Below, one piece after another: positions 47,191 through 63,265 of a stretch of DNA of 64,000 nt. The notes beneath the pieces were generated by a model that was not told the DNA's origin, ran no database searches, and worked only from the letters and a program-made list of their open reading frames with translations. The DNA is taken from assembly GCF_009914755.1 (NCBI RefSeq), contig NC_060941.1. One strand, written 5' to 3'. Origin of the DNA: the human T2T-CHM13v2.0 reference genome, Homo sapiens. The translations under genes were made by a program, and so were the position numbers. Position 1 is the stretch's first letter. The number at the start of each line of letters is the position of its first letter.

Positions 47191-47302
47191 CGAGTTTCAA
47201 TAGCCAGCCTTCTCGGTCTGGATTGAAGAAAGTGTGAGTGAGGTCATTCCCGTCGTCTTCTGGGATTTTAAAGGGTTCATTTTTTATGCTCTCATAGAGA
47301 TT
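47191..47302 (-). CDS. CYTH1: CYTH1 exon 9 (112 nt; [37 protein letters not shown]+G, Sec7-PH linker and PH start)
   Basis: acceptor atcccag|AAT, donor TCG|gtaagc (phase 1). Confidence 0.97.
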
Positions 47303-47741
47303 CTGGGATAAAAGATGACAATTTATGTCTCTGATTCTAGAAATATTTTTTCCTCCTCCCCTTTCTCTTCATTCATTCCACAAGCATTCATGTGCCTATA
47401 GTAAGCCAAGCCTGCTAGATGCTGAGACTAGAAGATTATGACCATTTCTGCTTTCAGGCAGCTCACAGTGACAAAATAAATAAGCCTTCCCAATTAGGAA
47501 AATAAAGAAGCAGCCTGACTTCTATTCAAGCTTTTAGTTTCATGTTTACAAACCACTGTCCCCTCCCTGATTCCCTAGCTGGGCCTTACTACCACTTTCT
47601 TAATGAAATTCACATGGTTAAACAAATTAAAAGAGGAGACCCTTGATAAATTGTATGTTTTTTCTTCCTTCCTACAAAAGACGATCCTGTTCCCAGTGAA
47701 CTCTTTCTTGACTTGAATGAAGACCATTCTTCCTTGCTTAC

Positions 47742-47890
47742 CCGGAGGAGCTCCTCCGGCAGGTCTCCCCCATCATTGATGCCTCGGTTCATGGCAATGA
47801 ACCTCTCCACAGTGGGCTTATCTTTGACATTGGGGTTGTGCAGACTGGTGTTCAACATGATGATGGCAAAGGAGAGGACGTAACAAGTAT
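47742..47890 (-). CDS. CYTH1: CYTH1 exon 8 (149 nt; [50 protein letters not shown])
   Basis: acceptor tctttag|AT, donor CGG|gtaagc; visible in ORF 47610..47927. Confidence 0.97.
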
Positions 47891-48006
47891 CTAAAGATGA
47901 GAGAAAAGCAAAGGGGAGCCGTTGCATGCTCAGATGTTCAGAAACATCCCACCCGCAAGAGCAAGAGTGGTATCAGATGAAATCAGGAATAAAAAACCAT
48001 GTTCTC

Positions 48007-48401
<395 letters not shown>

Positions 48402-48709
48402 TCAAGACTTAAAGCTGTTTATTTTTTCAGATTGGAAAGGAGAATACACACACTGTAGAAACTCTGAAAAACACAATGTGTTTAAAACAAAATGACCTGT
48501 AATGACCCATAATCCCACTATCTAGCAATAATTTATTTTGCTTTATTTCCTCTACGTAAATATGACTATGTATAACTCACCACATATTTATCTCACAGAT
48601 ATATACTGTAACAAAACTGGAAACAAACAAATACATACACATGCTTTTTTGCTAATCTTAATATCATTCTCCTATGTCAATAAAAATTCTTTGTAACAAT
48701 ATGGGTTTC

Positions 48710-49015
48710 TTTAGTTTTTGTTTTGAGACAGGGTCTCACTCTGTCACCCAGGCTTGGAGTGCTGTGGTGCAATCATAGCTCACTGCGTGTAGTCGTAAAC
48801 TCTTGGGCTCAAGAGATCCTCCTGCCTCAGCCTCACAAATAGCCGGGACTACAGGCATAAGCCACCACACCTGGCTAATTTTTAAAAATTTTTTTGGAGA
48901 AAGGGTCTCATAATGTTGCCCAGGCTGGTCTCAAACTCCTAGCCTCAAGCAATCCTCTCACCTCGGCCTCCCACCCAAGGTGCTGACATTACCAGTGTGA
49001 GCCACTGCATGCAGC
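48710..49015 (-). mobile_element. Alu (J-like)
   Basis: diverged dimer. Confidence 0.9.
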
Positions 49016-49252
49016 TAAAACATGGTTTTTAATAGCTGTGTATTTCGTAGTTCAGAGGTACCACAATTTAAATTCATAGTGCCTTAATGTCAGACTTTCA
49101 GGTTATTTCCAACATTTTACTATTATAACTATCATTGAGTAAACGTTCCTAGGCATGAATCTCAGCCCTTTTGTTTTAGAAATTATCTGGTGCCAAGAAA
49201 ATAATCCAGTGTAAAACGCCCATCATAAACTAGGATGAATGATCGTATTTAC

Positions 49253-49365
49253 CCGTGGACTGGAACACGCCATTATTGCACTGACAATATCGCTGGGCAA
49301 ACGCCTCCATCATCCGGTCGATCTTCTGGGCCTCTCCGGGTAGCCGGAAGCTCCACAGGAACTGC
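49253..49365 (-). CDS. CYTH1: CYTH1 exon 7 (113 nt; [37 protein letters not shown], Sec7 catalytic glutamate motif)
   Basis: acceptor cactcag|G, donor CGG|gtaaat; FRLPGE motif. Confidence 0.97.
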
Positions 49366-49442
49366 CTGAGTGGGTAAAGACAGAGTGTTCCAGAACTTGG
49401 GGAGGCAATTTATTTCTCTATGAATTGTTAAACTGCCAATGA

Positions 49443-49745
49443 TTTTTTTTTTCTTTTTTTTTTTGAGATGGAGTCTCACTCTGTCACCCAGGCTGGAGTG
49501 CAGTGGCGTGATCTTGGCTCACTGCAACCTCTGCCTGCCGGGTTCAGGCAATCTTCTGCCTCAGCCTCCCGAGTAGCCGGGACTACAGGCACACGCCACC
49601 ATGCCCGGCTAATTTTTTGTATTTTTAGTAGAGACGGGGTTTCACCATGCTGGCCAGGCTGGTCTCAAACTCCTGGCCTCAAGTGATCCACCCGCCTCAG
49701 CCTCCCAAAGTGCTGGGAGTACAGGTGTGAGCCACGGTGCCTGAC
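49443..49745 (-). mobile_element. Alu with TSD actgccaatgattttt
   Basis: dimer; TSD. Confidence 0.95.
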
Positions 49746-50592
49746 CACTGCCAATGATTTTTTAACATCAAAGTGCAAAGGGAACCCTGCTGGGCTGCAG
49801 CCTTCTGTTACTGTAACTCTGAACAGATGCAAAGTTGCCATCCACACCACTGTTACCTTAATCAAAAGTAAAATTTTTCTTAGGAAAAAGTGAAAAATTA
49901 GGAGGGAAACAATCCCTACTGAGGAGTGGTTTCCCTCCTCAGAATAATATACAAGACTGAAACATAGATAATGCTCATTTTAAACAAACGCTATTTCCGG
50001 AAACAATATGGGTGGCAGAAAAAGAGAAGATTGTCTTGTCAAAGCATTAACAATCGATCCCTTTAAGTCAAAGAAAGAAAGACCCACAGCTGACAGGTTT
50101 AATTGTGGATTGTTTCCATCCAGCTAAATGATAGCACAAAAGATGAAGTCATTATTTACACCTACAGCAGTGAAAATACAGAATGACAGTTTCTTAAAAG
50201 GCATGAGGTAACAGATTTAATAAAAAATTAAGGTTTACTTTTTTCTTTCCAAAATGAAATGTATAACTACTTATTCCAGGGCAAGAAATTAAAGGATTTT
50301 CTAAACTGAAAAATTTCAAAATTTAAGTATTCATCAATTTCTAAAACCTCAAATATAAGACTCAAGGAAGAGTGTTACAGAATCGGCCTCCAGAACGTAA
50401 CAGAATTGAATTCCCCTTGACCATCCAGTCATTCCCAGTCAGAGACCAATAGATTTCTTCCCTCCAAAATACTTCAAAATATTCAAATCATACCCAAAGA
50501 TATAATTTCAATAAAATGCCCCCCAGGACAGACTCATGATCAAAGGCTAGCCTCCCACTCCTTCCAAAGGGGCTCACCTCAAGAATACTCAC

Positions 50593-50673
50593 CGTAGTGC
50601 CTGGACGAGATTAAGATCAGTGAACTCATGCAGCTCCACAAATGCATGAAGAACCTGGATATTAAACTCATCT
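50593..50673 (-). CDS. CYTH1: CYTH1 exon 6 (81 nt; [26 protein letters not shown])
   Basis: acceptor ctcgatag|A, donor ACG|gtgagt. Confidence 0.96.
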
Positions 50674-51043
50674 CTATCGAGAAAAGACAAAAAATGGGAG
50701 AGAAAGCAGGAGTCAGGCACCAACACTGAGAATCTCCAGCCAGGCCATGTCTCCTACACTGCGTCCTGTGGTCCTGTGGCTCCTGCCCAGACAGCCACTT
50801 GTGCACACTGTCCGCAAGAAGACTGGCTAGCTCTGCTGACTGGCTGAACAAGCAAGATGTCTCCATGACCCCCAGAAAAGACCCATCACTATTCCCCAGA
50901 AAAGCCTCCCCTCAACTCCAGTGGGGCTACAGATGCTTTAAGGCAAAAACCCCTCCAAGAACTTCAGAGTATTTGGGAGTTTGTTTCTTTGTGTCGTTCC
51001 TGAACAGCCTTCCCTAGCATGCGCATAATCCCCAAGGCCTTAC

Positions 51044-51162
51044 CTCTCCCCTAGGTAGTCGCCGATGGCTGTCTTGTTGAGCCCTTCGCCTTTATATAAG
51101 AACTGGGCAATGTCTTCACAAGTGTTCTTCAGGAGGTCGTTCTCTATTAAGAACTGGATCCC
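51044..51162 (-). CDS. CYTH1: CYTH1 exon 5 (119 nt; [39 protein letters not shown])
   Basis: acceptor ttttctag|GGG, donor GAG|gtaagg. Confidence 0.96.
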
Positions 51163-51459
51163 CTAGAAAAAGACAACAAAGACGCCAATGATGCTTTGCT
51201 GGGAAACAGTTGAAAAGAAGGGGAAAGGGCACAGGAAGAAATGGGTGTGGGTGCACTGGAATATTTAATAAATACTTGCTAAGTGACCTATAAAGCCGGG
51301 GAGTCACAGTTTAGGAACAAGGGCTTAGTGCATAACATTTGCTCTACAAAACGGCAACATGAACTGTAACGCTTGGAAAAAAACGTTTTTAGGGTCTATC
51401 TGAGCACTATAAAAAAACCCCATCTAATATGGACCACTTCCCGCTTCTTTCTCACTTAC

Positions 51460-51526
51460 CTTTTTAGGGTCCATATTAAATTTTTTCCTGCCCATGGCTA
51501 CCTGTTTGTTCCTCTGCATGTTTTTC
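51460..51526 (-). CDS. CYTH1: CYTH1 exon 4 (67 nt; KNMQRNKQVAMGRKKFNMDPKK, start of Sec7)
   Basis: acceptor ttttacag|G, donor AAG|gtaagt. Confidence 0.96.
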
Positions 51527-51744
51527 CTGTAAAACAACCATCACAGCCATTTTAGTACTTCAGGCCATCGGAAAGGCTTGAAAGACTAATATGATTTCCA
51601 CTGATTTACACAGGTTTTTGAAAGATTTATCCAGGAAAGCAACAGGCATAATCTGGTGGAACTATGAAAGGCCAACTGAAACCTGAAGCCTGAACCTGGC
51701 TCCAAGCTCCAAGCTCATTTGCTCCTTCTACCCTGGAACAGAGG

Positions 51745-52020
<276 letters not shown>

Positions 52021-52053
52021 TAACATGATTTTTAAAAAAACTTTATCAGGGTA

Positions 52054-52359
<306 letters not shown>

Positions 52360-52930
52360 TTATCAGGGTATAATTTACTTATAATACTCCTACTGTAGGT
52401 ACATATTTGAATTTTTAGTATACTTACTAAGTTGTGCAACATCACCATAATCCAGTTTTAGAACATTTTCATCTCCCCTACAGAATTCCTCACACCTTTT
52501 TACAGTTAATCCTTACTTCTACCTCCATCCCCAGGCAACTATTAATCTATTGTCTGTCTCCACAGATTTGCCTATTCTGGACATATCATACAAACAGAAT
52601 CATAAAAGATGTGGATTTTCAGATCTGGCTTCTTTCATTAGCATAATGTTGTCAAGGTCATGGTGCTGGAGCGTGGGCCAGTACTACATGCCTTCTTGCT
52701 GCTGGGTCATCTTCCATGGTATGGATAAACCACATCTGTTTATCCATTCACCAGATGATGGACACTTAGGCTGTTTACAGTTTGGGACAATTATGCAGAA
52801 GGCTGCTATCAGCATTTGCATATATGTCTTTGTGTGGACACGTTTTCATTTTCCTTGGGTAGATACCCAGGGGTGGACACTGCTGGGTCATACGGTACAT
52901 CTGTATTTAACTTTTTAAGAAGTTGCTAAA
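52360..52930 (-). mobile_element. L1M 3' end fragment
   Basis: agatttgcctattctggacatatcata...ttatccattcaccagatgatggacacttagg. Confidence 0.8.
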
Positions 52931-52974
52931 TAATAGGCAGTTTTCTTGACTGTATCAGAATGAAAAATGCAGAT

Positions 52975-53285
52975 TCACAGACCAAGCTTCTCAAAGTCTG
53001 GTCCACCAACCAGCAGCCTTGGGAGCATATCAGACGTGAAGACGCTCCGCTCGTTTATACATACACGTCACCTGGGGCCTCAACAAAACAGATTCTGACT
53101 CTATGTCTGAGAAGGGGCCTGTGCTTCTGCTGTATGTTTAACATGATCCCATGTGTGGAGTCTGAGTAGCAAGGCCCTGGACCGGCTGAGTAACTCAGAA
53201 GTACAAGGGGCAGAACCTAGGAATTTGAATTTTTAAAACCTCCTGCAGTAATTCTGGTATGCACCCAAATTTAAGAACCACTGCC
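52975..53285. mobile_element. MER5-type hAT MITE fragments
   Basis: cttctcaaagtctggtcc...gattctgactc...tttaagaaccactg. Confidence 0.6.
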
Positions 53286-53432
53286 ATCAATATCAATAGT
53301 AATTTTATAATCTCCGAGAGCAAAAAAGTTGCTCGGAAATAAAATCATAAAATGTTATTGCCTTAAAGAACACATGTGTTCTCTAGCTAAATCCATGGAG
53401 GGAAGAAAATATTCCTAAGTGTTTTGAGGGTT

Positions 53433-53756
<324 letters not shown>

Positions 53757-55049
53757 TGAAAGGAACACCTGAAAACTGTGAGTAGTATCAGAACTTCCAG
53801 GTGTAAGATAATCTGGGCTCCCCTGTCAACAGCTGCCTTAGGAAACAAAGTCATGGGGGAAACACCATTTAATTTCAGCCAGAATGAAGGGTTATGACCA
53901 GGTATCTAGAAATTCCTATTTAACTAAAATGATTGTCTAATCATTTTTTTCTAAATCCAGGAAGATTACTTTGATCAGTATTTCCAAACAAATACCACAA
54001 GGAAGGCCTGTTTCATGGTTTCCAGTGTAAGTGGTGAGGCAGCGTCAGAGGTGCCCACAGAAGCAAGGGGTGAAACTCCTGGGAATGCTCAGCTTCCTGG
54101 GCCTCAGTCCAGTCCTCACCAAAGGCTTTCCTGCAGCCACCAGAACGCACACTCCCAGATATCCGCCAGTCACAGTCTGTGCCACATGACTGCCTGGGAC
54201 ACACACCAGAGATGGCTCCCTAATTTCATTAGCTAGCCAGCTCACTTCTCTATCTGCCCCACTTGGAGCCCCTATAGCTCTAGGCCTTAGGCAGCTACTT
54301 CTCTAAGTGGCTTTCCCCAGCCTACACAGGTCTGACACCCCAGTTAAGGTGTCCAAAGGAAAACAGCTTACTGCTACTGGATCGCCTTAGTTAACTGACG
54401 CGTATACATTTCAGAAAGTGAAATCCTGTACTACATGAGTATATTATTTCTGCTTGATTAAATAGTATTTAGGATCATTCCTACAAAATGCATCAGATCG
54501 TCGATGAGAAACATGAATTCTCTCCTATAAGAAAGTCCGAGCAAATGTAATGCCTGCTTGAGAAACAAATGCAGGGTGAGCCTGAGTACCCGTATGGATG
54601 GATCCTCAGGGATGTGCAGAATCACTTCCGTCTTGGCGCTTTCGATACCGGAAAACCATTTTAAGTTCCAGATTAAAAAATAATAATAACCTAAAGACTA
54701 CTTCCTGACTCACAACTTCAGATGCAGTTCATGAGTTACAAGTCTTCCCAAATTCACTGGCTGAGTACTTTGGATGCACTCACGTTCCTGGTGTCTGCGT
54801 TTCCTTGCTGTTCTATGGTAACTGACAGAGAATTAATCAAGAGAAAAACAAAGGGCACACTGAATTCTGAATATGTGTGTGCAGACACCGGAATATACAG
54901 AAAGGAAACGTACCAAAATATGAATCCTGATTATCTCTGGGATAAGTGTTTATGAGAAATTTGTTTTTTATACTTTTCTGTATTTTACCAATTTTCTGCA
55001 GTAAAGGTGTATTACCTTTATAGTCAGAAAAAAGCCATTTTTTTTTACA

Positions 55050-55990
55050 TTTTTAAGATCGAGGTAAAATTTACATTTAACAAAATGCACACACCTTAAG
55101 TGCACAGTTCAATTTGTTTTGATGAGTGCATATACCCTTGAAGCACCACTCAGATTAATACAGAATATTCCTGCCATCCCTGTAAGTTCCCTATGGCCCT
55201 TCCTAGTCAACCCCACCCCACCCCGCCCCAGCAACCACCTCGGAGGCAGCACTGTCATGATTTCGGCTAGCACACTAGCACAGCTTAGTTTGCATGTTCT
55301 AGATGCTCACGCATGGAAGCACACGGTGCCCACAGTTTCTTTCACTCATCACAATGTTCGTGAGATTCATCCGTGCTGCTGCACGCTAGCAGTTCATTCC
55401 TTCACACTGCTGAGTAATAGTCTATTACCTCGACCTGTTTATCCAGTCACCTGCTGGCAGCCATTCAGGGTATTTCCAGCTTTTGGTTATTTTATATAAG
55501 AATGCTATAGATATTCTTGTACAAGTCTTTGTATGGACATGTTTTCATTTCTCTTAAGTAACTAGGAGTTGAATTGCTGATGAAACTGCCAAACTTCTTT
55601 CCCAAATGGTTATATTATTTTATTCTCACTAGCACTTGCCAACATGAGGTACCATCAGTCTTTTTAATTCTAGCCATCATAGGGGATGTGAAGTACCGTT
55701 TCATGGTGGTTTTAAATTACATCCCCTACAACTAATGATGTTAAGCATTTTTCATGTGTCTACTACACATATGGCTTCTTTTGTAAAGTGTCCAAGTTTT
55801 TTGCCCATTTTCTTATTTGGGCTGCCTTTCTATCATATATTCTAGATACAAGTCCTTTTTCAGATATATTTGTTACAAATATTTACTTCTAATCTGTTGC
55901 CTGTTCATTTCTTTTAATAGTTTTTAATAGTTTTATCTTTTACAAAAGCGGAAGTTTTAAATTTTTATGAAGTCCAACGTATCCGTTTCA
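55050..55990 (-). mobile_element. Old L1M fragment
   Basis: gtacaagtctttgtatggacatgttttcatttctctt...catggtggttttaaattacat. Confidence 0.75.
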
Positions 55991-56570
55991 TTTAAGCTAC
56001 GAGTGTTTAAAATGGAAAGAGGGGAAACTAATCCAAAATACCAAATGGACAATACAGAGACTGGCCGTGGTGAGCTGGCTGCCTTCTGTGGAGGACTCAG
56101 CCTCACTATACCCTGAAGGCACTGCCCACAGGAGTCTAAAACAACAAATCAAACAGTCCTACGAAGCCAGACAGGAAGACTTAGGCTTAGAAAAATACAG
56201 ACATGTAGTGAATTGGAAACAGCTCATTTATTGCATTAAGCAGTCAGAAAACGGTCTGGGAACCCCATTCAAAACTAAACTCTCAAAGTCACTAACATTT
56301 CATGAAAATAAAAGGAAAAAAAAAAGCAGAGTCCTTGTCCTTTTATACTATCATCGCATTTCTACATTTTCTTCCCTTAAGCATTAGGAAGGTGCAAATA
56401 AGCTCACGATTATCCTCAGACATGACTGGACACTCCAGCCCTTTGAAATCGTATCAGCAGCATTCATTAAGCTTTTCCTTTACACAAAGGAAAAACAGAA
56501 ACTTTAAAATGCACACCGACAGTGGACAACAGAGGGGAGTAATTCACATAAAAATTTAGGAGCAGTTTAA

Positions 56571-56900
<330 letters not shown>

Positions 56901-57118
56901 TCCAGTTCAATTTTTTAAACACTGGAAGAAGCTCCTATGTTCAGGAGGCCTTGCGGTGAAGGATGGAAGGCAGACATTATGGGTGTGTATGTGCTTGCTA
57001 GAATTAGAAAGACACAAAGCTGACTTTTTCCTTCAATGTGCCACGTAAGCATAATTAAGGCCTGGGTGCTTTAAGGAATTACAACCACAGAAGCCACCTG
57101 GCAGCAGGGCAGACTCAC

Positions 57119-57183
57119 CTTTCCTCTGTGGATCCCAGGTTTTCAATTTCATTAGCTACTTCTGCTATCTCATCCTTCAGCCT
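57119..57183 (-). CDS. CYTH1: CYTH1 exon 3 (65 nt; RLKDEIAEVANEIENLGSTEE)
   Basis: acceptor tttatag|AGG, donor AAG|gtgagt; phase matches neighbours. Confidence 0.96.
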
Positions 57184-58571
57184 CTATAAAACAGACAGTC
57201 CAGAGTCAGCAGGAAAGGCAGATGCAGATCAAATTAAAACTTCTAAAATCTCACATAACTCCCTCCAACCAAAAACAAAATAAAGCAAAATGAAACAAAA
57301 TATGACAAAAATGCAAAAAGTAAATTAGGAAAATTCATGTTTCAGAAATATTTATTGAGTGCCTACCAAACAGTAAGCATTCCAGAAAACACCAAGGTAG
57401 AAAAGAATACAGCCTCTGACCTCAAGGAGTTTACGGTCTAGGAAAGTTTATAAGCATATATGCTGTGTGAAAAACAAAACCTGGCTGCCTCATCACAATC
57501 TTTCAGAACAAGTCTGCAGCTTACTAAACACAAGCATGCCAGAAAATTCAGAGGACAAAGTCTCCTACCCAAAGCCCAGGCTGCAGAGCCTGCAGTAGCT
57601 GTGCCAGGGCAACAATGCCACCAAGCGGCTGGCAAAGGGAATGTCTGATCAAATCGGCTGTGCATCCGCACCCACCCTCCTCATTCCAGCACACTGTTGG
57701 TCAGAATGGATGGGCTCTCACGGGGAAGTGGGGCTTAAGTGGAGAGCTGCTTAGCTTTCTCACGATCTACCAGTGAAGCAGAAATCAAAGGATCAGGGAG
57801 AACTATCAAAATATACTTAAATCAACTCCAGAGAAAGTCAAGTCTTTCCTCATTTTGCTACTTTGGGCAACAGGATTCCCTCCTTAACCCCACTCCTAAT
57901 GTCTTGTGAAGAATTCTGAAAGAATAACATTTGCTGTCTTAGGGCGAAAATAATCCAACTATTGGCTTCTAGACTTATTTCCTACAAGCTTGATAGTTAC
58001 AAAAAGGAACTTGGAAAAATTGTAATTGTAAAATTGCTATCACTAAGTACATCTATAGGGACCAGAAATTATGCTGTCTTTCATGCTAAGTCCTTCCAAC
58101 TGTGTAGCAGGTGTTTTCATGATCTGACAGATGAAGAAACTGAAGTTCAAGGAACCGGAACTCTCTTGTCTCAAATCATTCAGCCAGTAAGCGGCAGAGC
58201 CAGAGCCAGGGCGTGGGCCGAGCTTCGCCTGAAGCCCACATTCTCATTGCCTCTCCTCATCCACTCTGCTCCGCAAGGGCAAACACAGCAGAGAGGACTA
58301 CTCAGGAGACAGGAGTCTTGCAGGCTATCTCCAGCTCCGACAACCGACCAACTGGGTGAACCTGGACAAGCCACTCAACCTCTCTGACACTGCATCTCCT
58401 CAGCTGTAGAGGAAAGGTGACTGATTATCAACACCTACGCTTTGTGCAGAGCTGTAGTGAGGGCAGGTCAAAAGTGTCTTGAGGAGACACTCTGCAAAGG
58501 ACACCCTTTCATACAAATGGAACTGTCACTGTGGTTCTTACGTTGGTGAAACCACCATGCCACTCTCCTAC

Positions 58572-58654
58572 CTGAATGTCAGCCAGCAGCTCCTGTTTTC
58601 TCCGTCGGATGTTCTCCAGTTCTTGACGCTCCTCTGCTGTCAGGTCACTGGGAA
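58572..58654 (-). CDS. CYTH1: CYTH1 exon 2 (83 nt; VPSDLTAEERQELENIRRRKQELLADIQ, coiled coil)
   Basis: acceptor tttttgtag|TTCCC, donor CAG|gtagga. Confidence 0.96.
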
Positions 58655-59797
58655 CTACAAAAATGGAGGGCAATGTTACAAGAAAGCTTTTATCTCGCCA
58701 AAAATCAAGGAAGATCCAGAGGCCACAAAAGGAGAAAGATATCAAGAAAGAAACTAGAAGTCAGTTTCAGAAATGACTGAGTGATAGAAATAGTTATGGC
58801 TCCAATTCTTATCAGATTTCTAAGAAAGGAAGGCCCTTAAATCACACAGAAAAGCTCTGAGAAACTCTTGGAAGGAAAAACGAGAGAGAAGAGATTACTG
58901 AAGGTTAAATTAGGTTGGCTATGAATGAAAAAGGATGAATATTAGCTGAGCGCCTGGCCATTTTCATCCCTTCCAGCTGGGAGACTTCAGGCTGACATTT
59001 AATTAATCTCTCTAGGCCTCAGCTCCCTCATGGTCAAAAACAGAGTCTCCGAGATGGAAAGATGTCCATGACCCCCTGAGGTGGGGAGGGGAGGCAAGAG
59101 GCAAAGCAACGTGTACGAACAATTTTGTGCCATCTCTGGGAGGGGTTTGGAGAAAGAGACTATGTATGCACTGAGAAATAAAAAAAGTCTAGAATATACA
59201 CCTAAAATCAGTGCTTAACTCTGGGAACTGGGACTATGGGACTTTCTCTTTCTGCTTCATACCTTTCTTCATTGTTTCGATGTTTTACAATGTGCTCTTA
59301 TCATCAGAAGAAAGTTACTTAATTCCCAGATCACAGCTCTCACCACAAAATACTTCTGCCATCCTCCAATGGCTCAATCTCCCCCACCTATACCAACAGG
59401 AGATTTGGACAGACACCCTCTAAAATGACCCTTCAAGCATGCTATGGGAAGCCATGTGGGCAAATGAGAAGAACAAGCATTAGAATCAAACAAACCAGGT
59501 TCAAATCCTAGCTCCAATCTACCAAATATCAAATTAGGTCACTTCAGACAAGTTATGTAACCCACTTGGGTCACATTTCATCATCAATGAAGTGGTCCCA
59601 CCATCACCCACTTGATAAGGCTGCTGTGAAGATGATGTAGAGTAATTAAAGTGCCTCAAACCCTGCCTGGTGCTGAGCAGAAGCTCAGAAGTGTTGGCTC
59701 TTGTTCCCTCCATGGCACAGCAAAGGGCACCCACACTCTCAAGGGTAGGGGTGGTTTGAGGGTCCTTCTATCCTTCAGTGGGTGCCTATGTGAGCCT

Positions 59798-60422
<625 letters not shown>

Positions 60423-60720
60423 GAGTTGGAATTAACATCTCTGCTTGAGAGCACAGTTAGGATACACATACTTTCCTTCTGCCCATGGCATTAAAACTTA
60501 ATCTACTACATTCACAGAGCAGTTACTTTCCCCAAATATTTCATAAAAATCACAAGAGGGTAGAAACAATAGACTACAGTGAAGTGTACAGTGGGTTAAT
60601 TAGCTACATTAGAAAAGCCGACTTTTCCTTTTTTTTTTTTTTTAACCTAGGTTTTCCCCAACCTTCTCTAAAAAAGTGTTTTTTAAACATCTCAAAATCC
60701 AAAATAAGAAAAGCATTTTA

Positions 60721-61212
<492 letters not shown>

Positions 61213-61292
61213 TCAAAAATAATATCTCACCATGTCTGTTATTTCACTGTGAGCTTTCTTAACAGTGGTTTAGTCCAGTAAACTGATTTTAT

Positions 61293-61615
<323 letters not shown>

Positions 61616-62390
61616 AATTATTTCATAATCAATTAGGTAATCGTATAATTACCTAATATACTGAGTCCTGTGGTTTGAAAAACACTCTTCCTTTAGAGGC
61701 TGGAAGAGACAGCCACTCTAAAGATCCCAACAGACCAACTAAATCCAACCCAGGTCACCTTCACAAGAGTGGGCCTTAAACTGCGTCCCTGAGAACTCAA
61801 GGGTGATCACTCAGGTGTGTGTATTGGAGGACGGAGCCTTAAATAAGTTCACCTACACACCTGCTCTCCAGTCCCATTCCTGTGTCAAGACCCAGGACTC
61901 CAGCTCAGCAATCCATCAGCATTATGTGGATTCTAACCCTGCACCCCCGCCAAACCCACCACCCCAAATGTTTCTTCCCAGGCTGAACAGTTCTCCCAAC
62001 ATTAAAAAATATATATATATATATTAAAATGGCTGCTTCAGGAAAAAGTCAGACAAATAAGTGAGCTCTGGTTAAAGCAAAAGCCGTTTTGAAAAACAAC
62101 ATCAACTCTACTGATGCGTACACCGTTCTACAGAAACGCATGTTTAAAGCAGTTCACTCTGATTTTTCTGTGCTTCACAGCCCAGAAAAATTTCTAGTCC
62201 AAGTAGAAGACCCCTTTAAGAAATTAATTTCTTCAGGTTCTAGAAGATACATATTCATTCCAATATAACATGGTTTTGAAATTAAGGCAACATTCATTTT
62301 TTAAAAACAGCTGCTCCGCAAGAGGCTCAATAATTGGGATTTGATTTTGAAGCTACAGAACTGGCTTAATCAGATCATCAATGTATCTCT

Positions 62391-62850
62391 ACCCAGCAGA
62401 AGCAAGACTAAATCCAAGGTCCATATAATGAAGCTGATGAAAAACAGAGCAATCGTATAAAAGAAATTCCTATCTCAAGACTGCTATATACCCTGAGAAG
62501 CCAACTTGTATCATTCTAAACTGGAAACTCTAAATCGTTGCTTTCTTTTCAGAATCTGAGCACTCAACCATTCTGGGTTTAATATTCACACATGACAATT
62601 TTTCTGGATGGACACAATCTACCCAGCAGAAGCAAGACTAAATCCAAGGTCCATATAATGAAGCTGATGAAAAACAGAGCAATCGTATAAAAGAAATCCC
62701 TATCTCAAGACTGCTATATACCCTGAGAAGCCAACTTGTATCATTCTAAACTGGAAACTCTAAATCGTTGCTTTCTTTTCAGAATCTGAGCACTCAACCA
62801 TTCTGGGTTTAATATTCACACATGACAATTTTTCTGGATGGACACAATCT
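62391..62850. repeat. 2 x 230-bp tandem duplication, 229/230 identical
   Basis: copies 62391-62620 and 62621-62850; the single difference is t62468 vs c62698. Confidence 0.97.
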
Positions 62851-62907
62851 AGCTTCTGTATTATAAATTCAAAATGCCCTTCTAGTCCTCTATCTTCCAA
62901 GATATTA

Positions 62908-63265
<358 letters not shown>

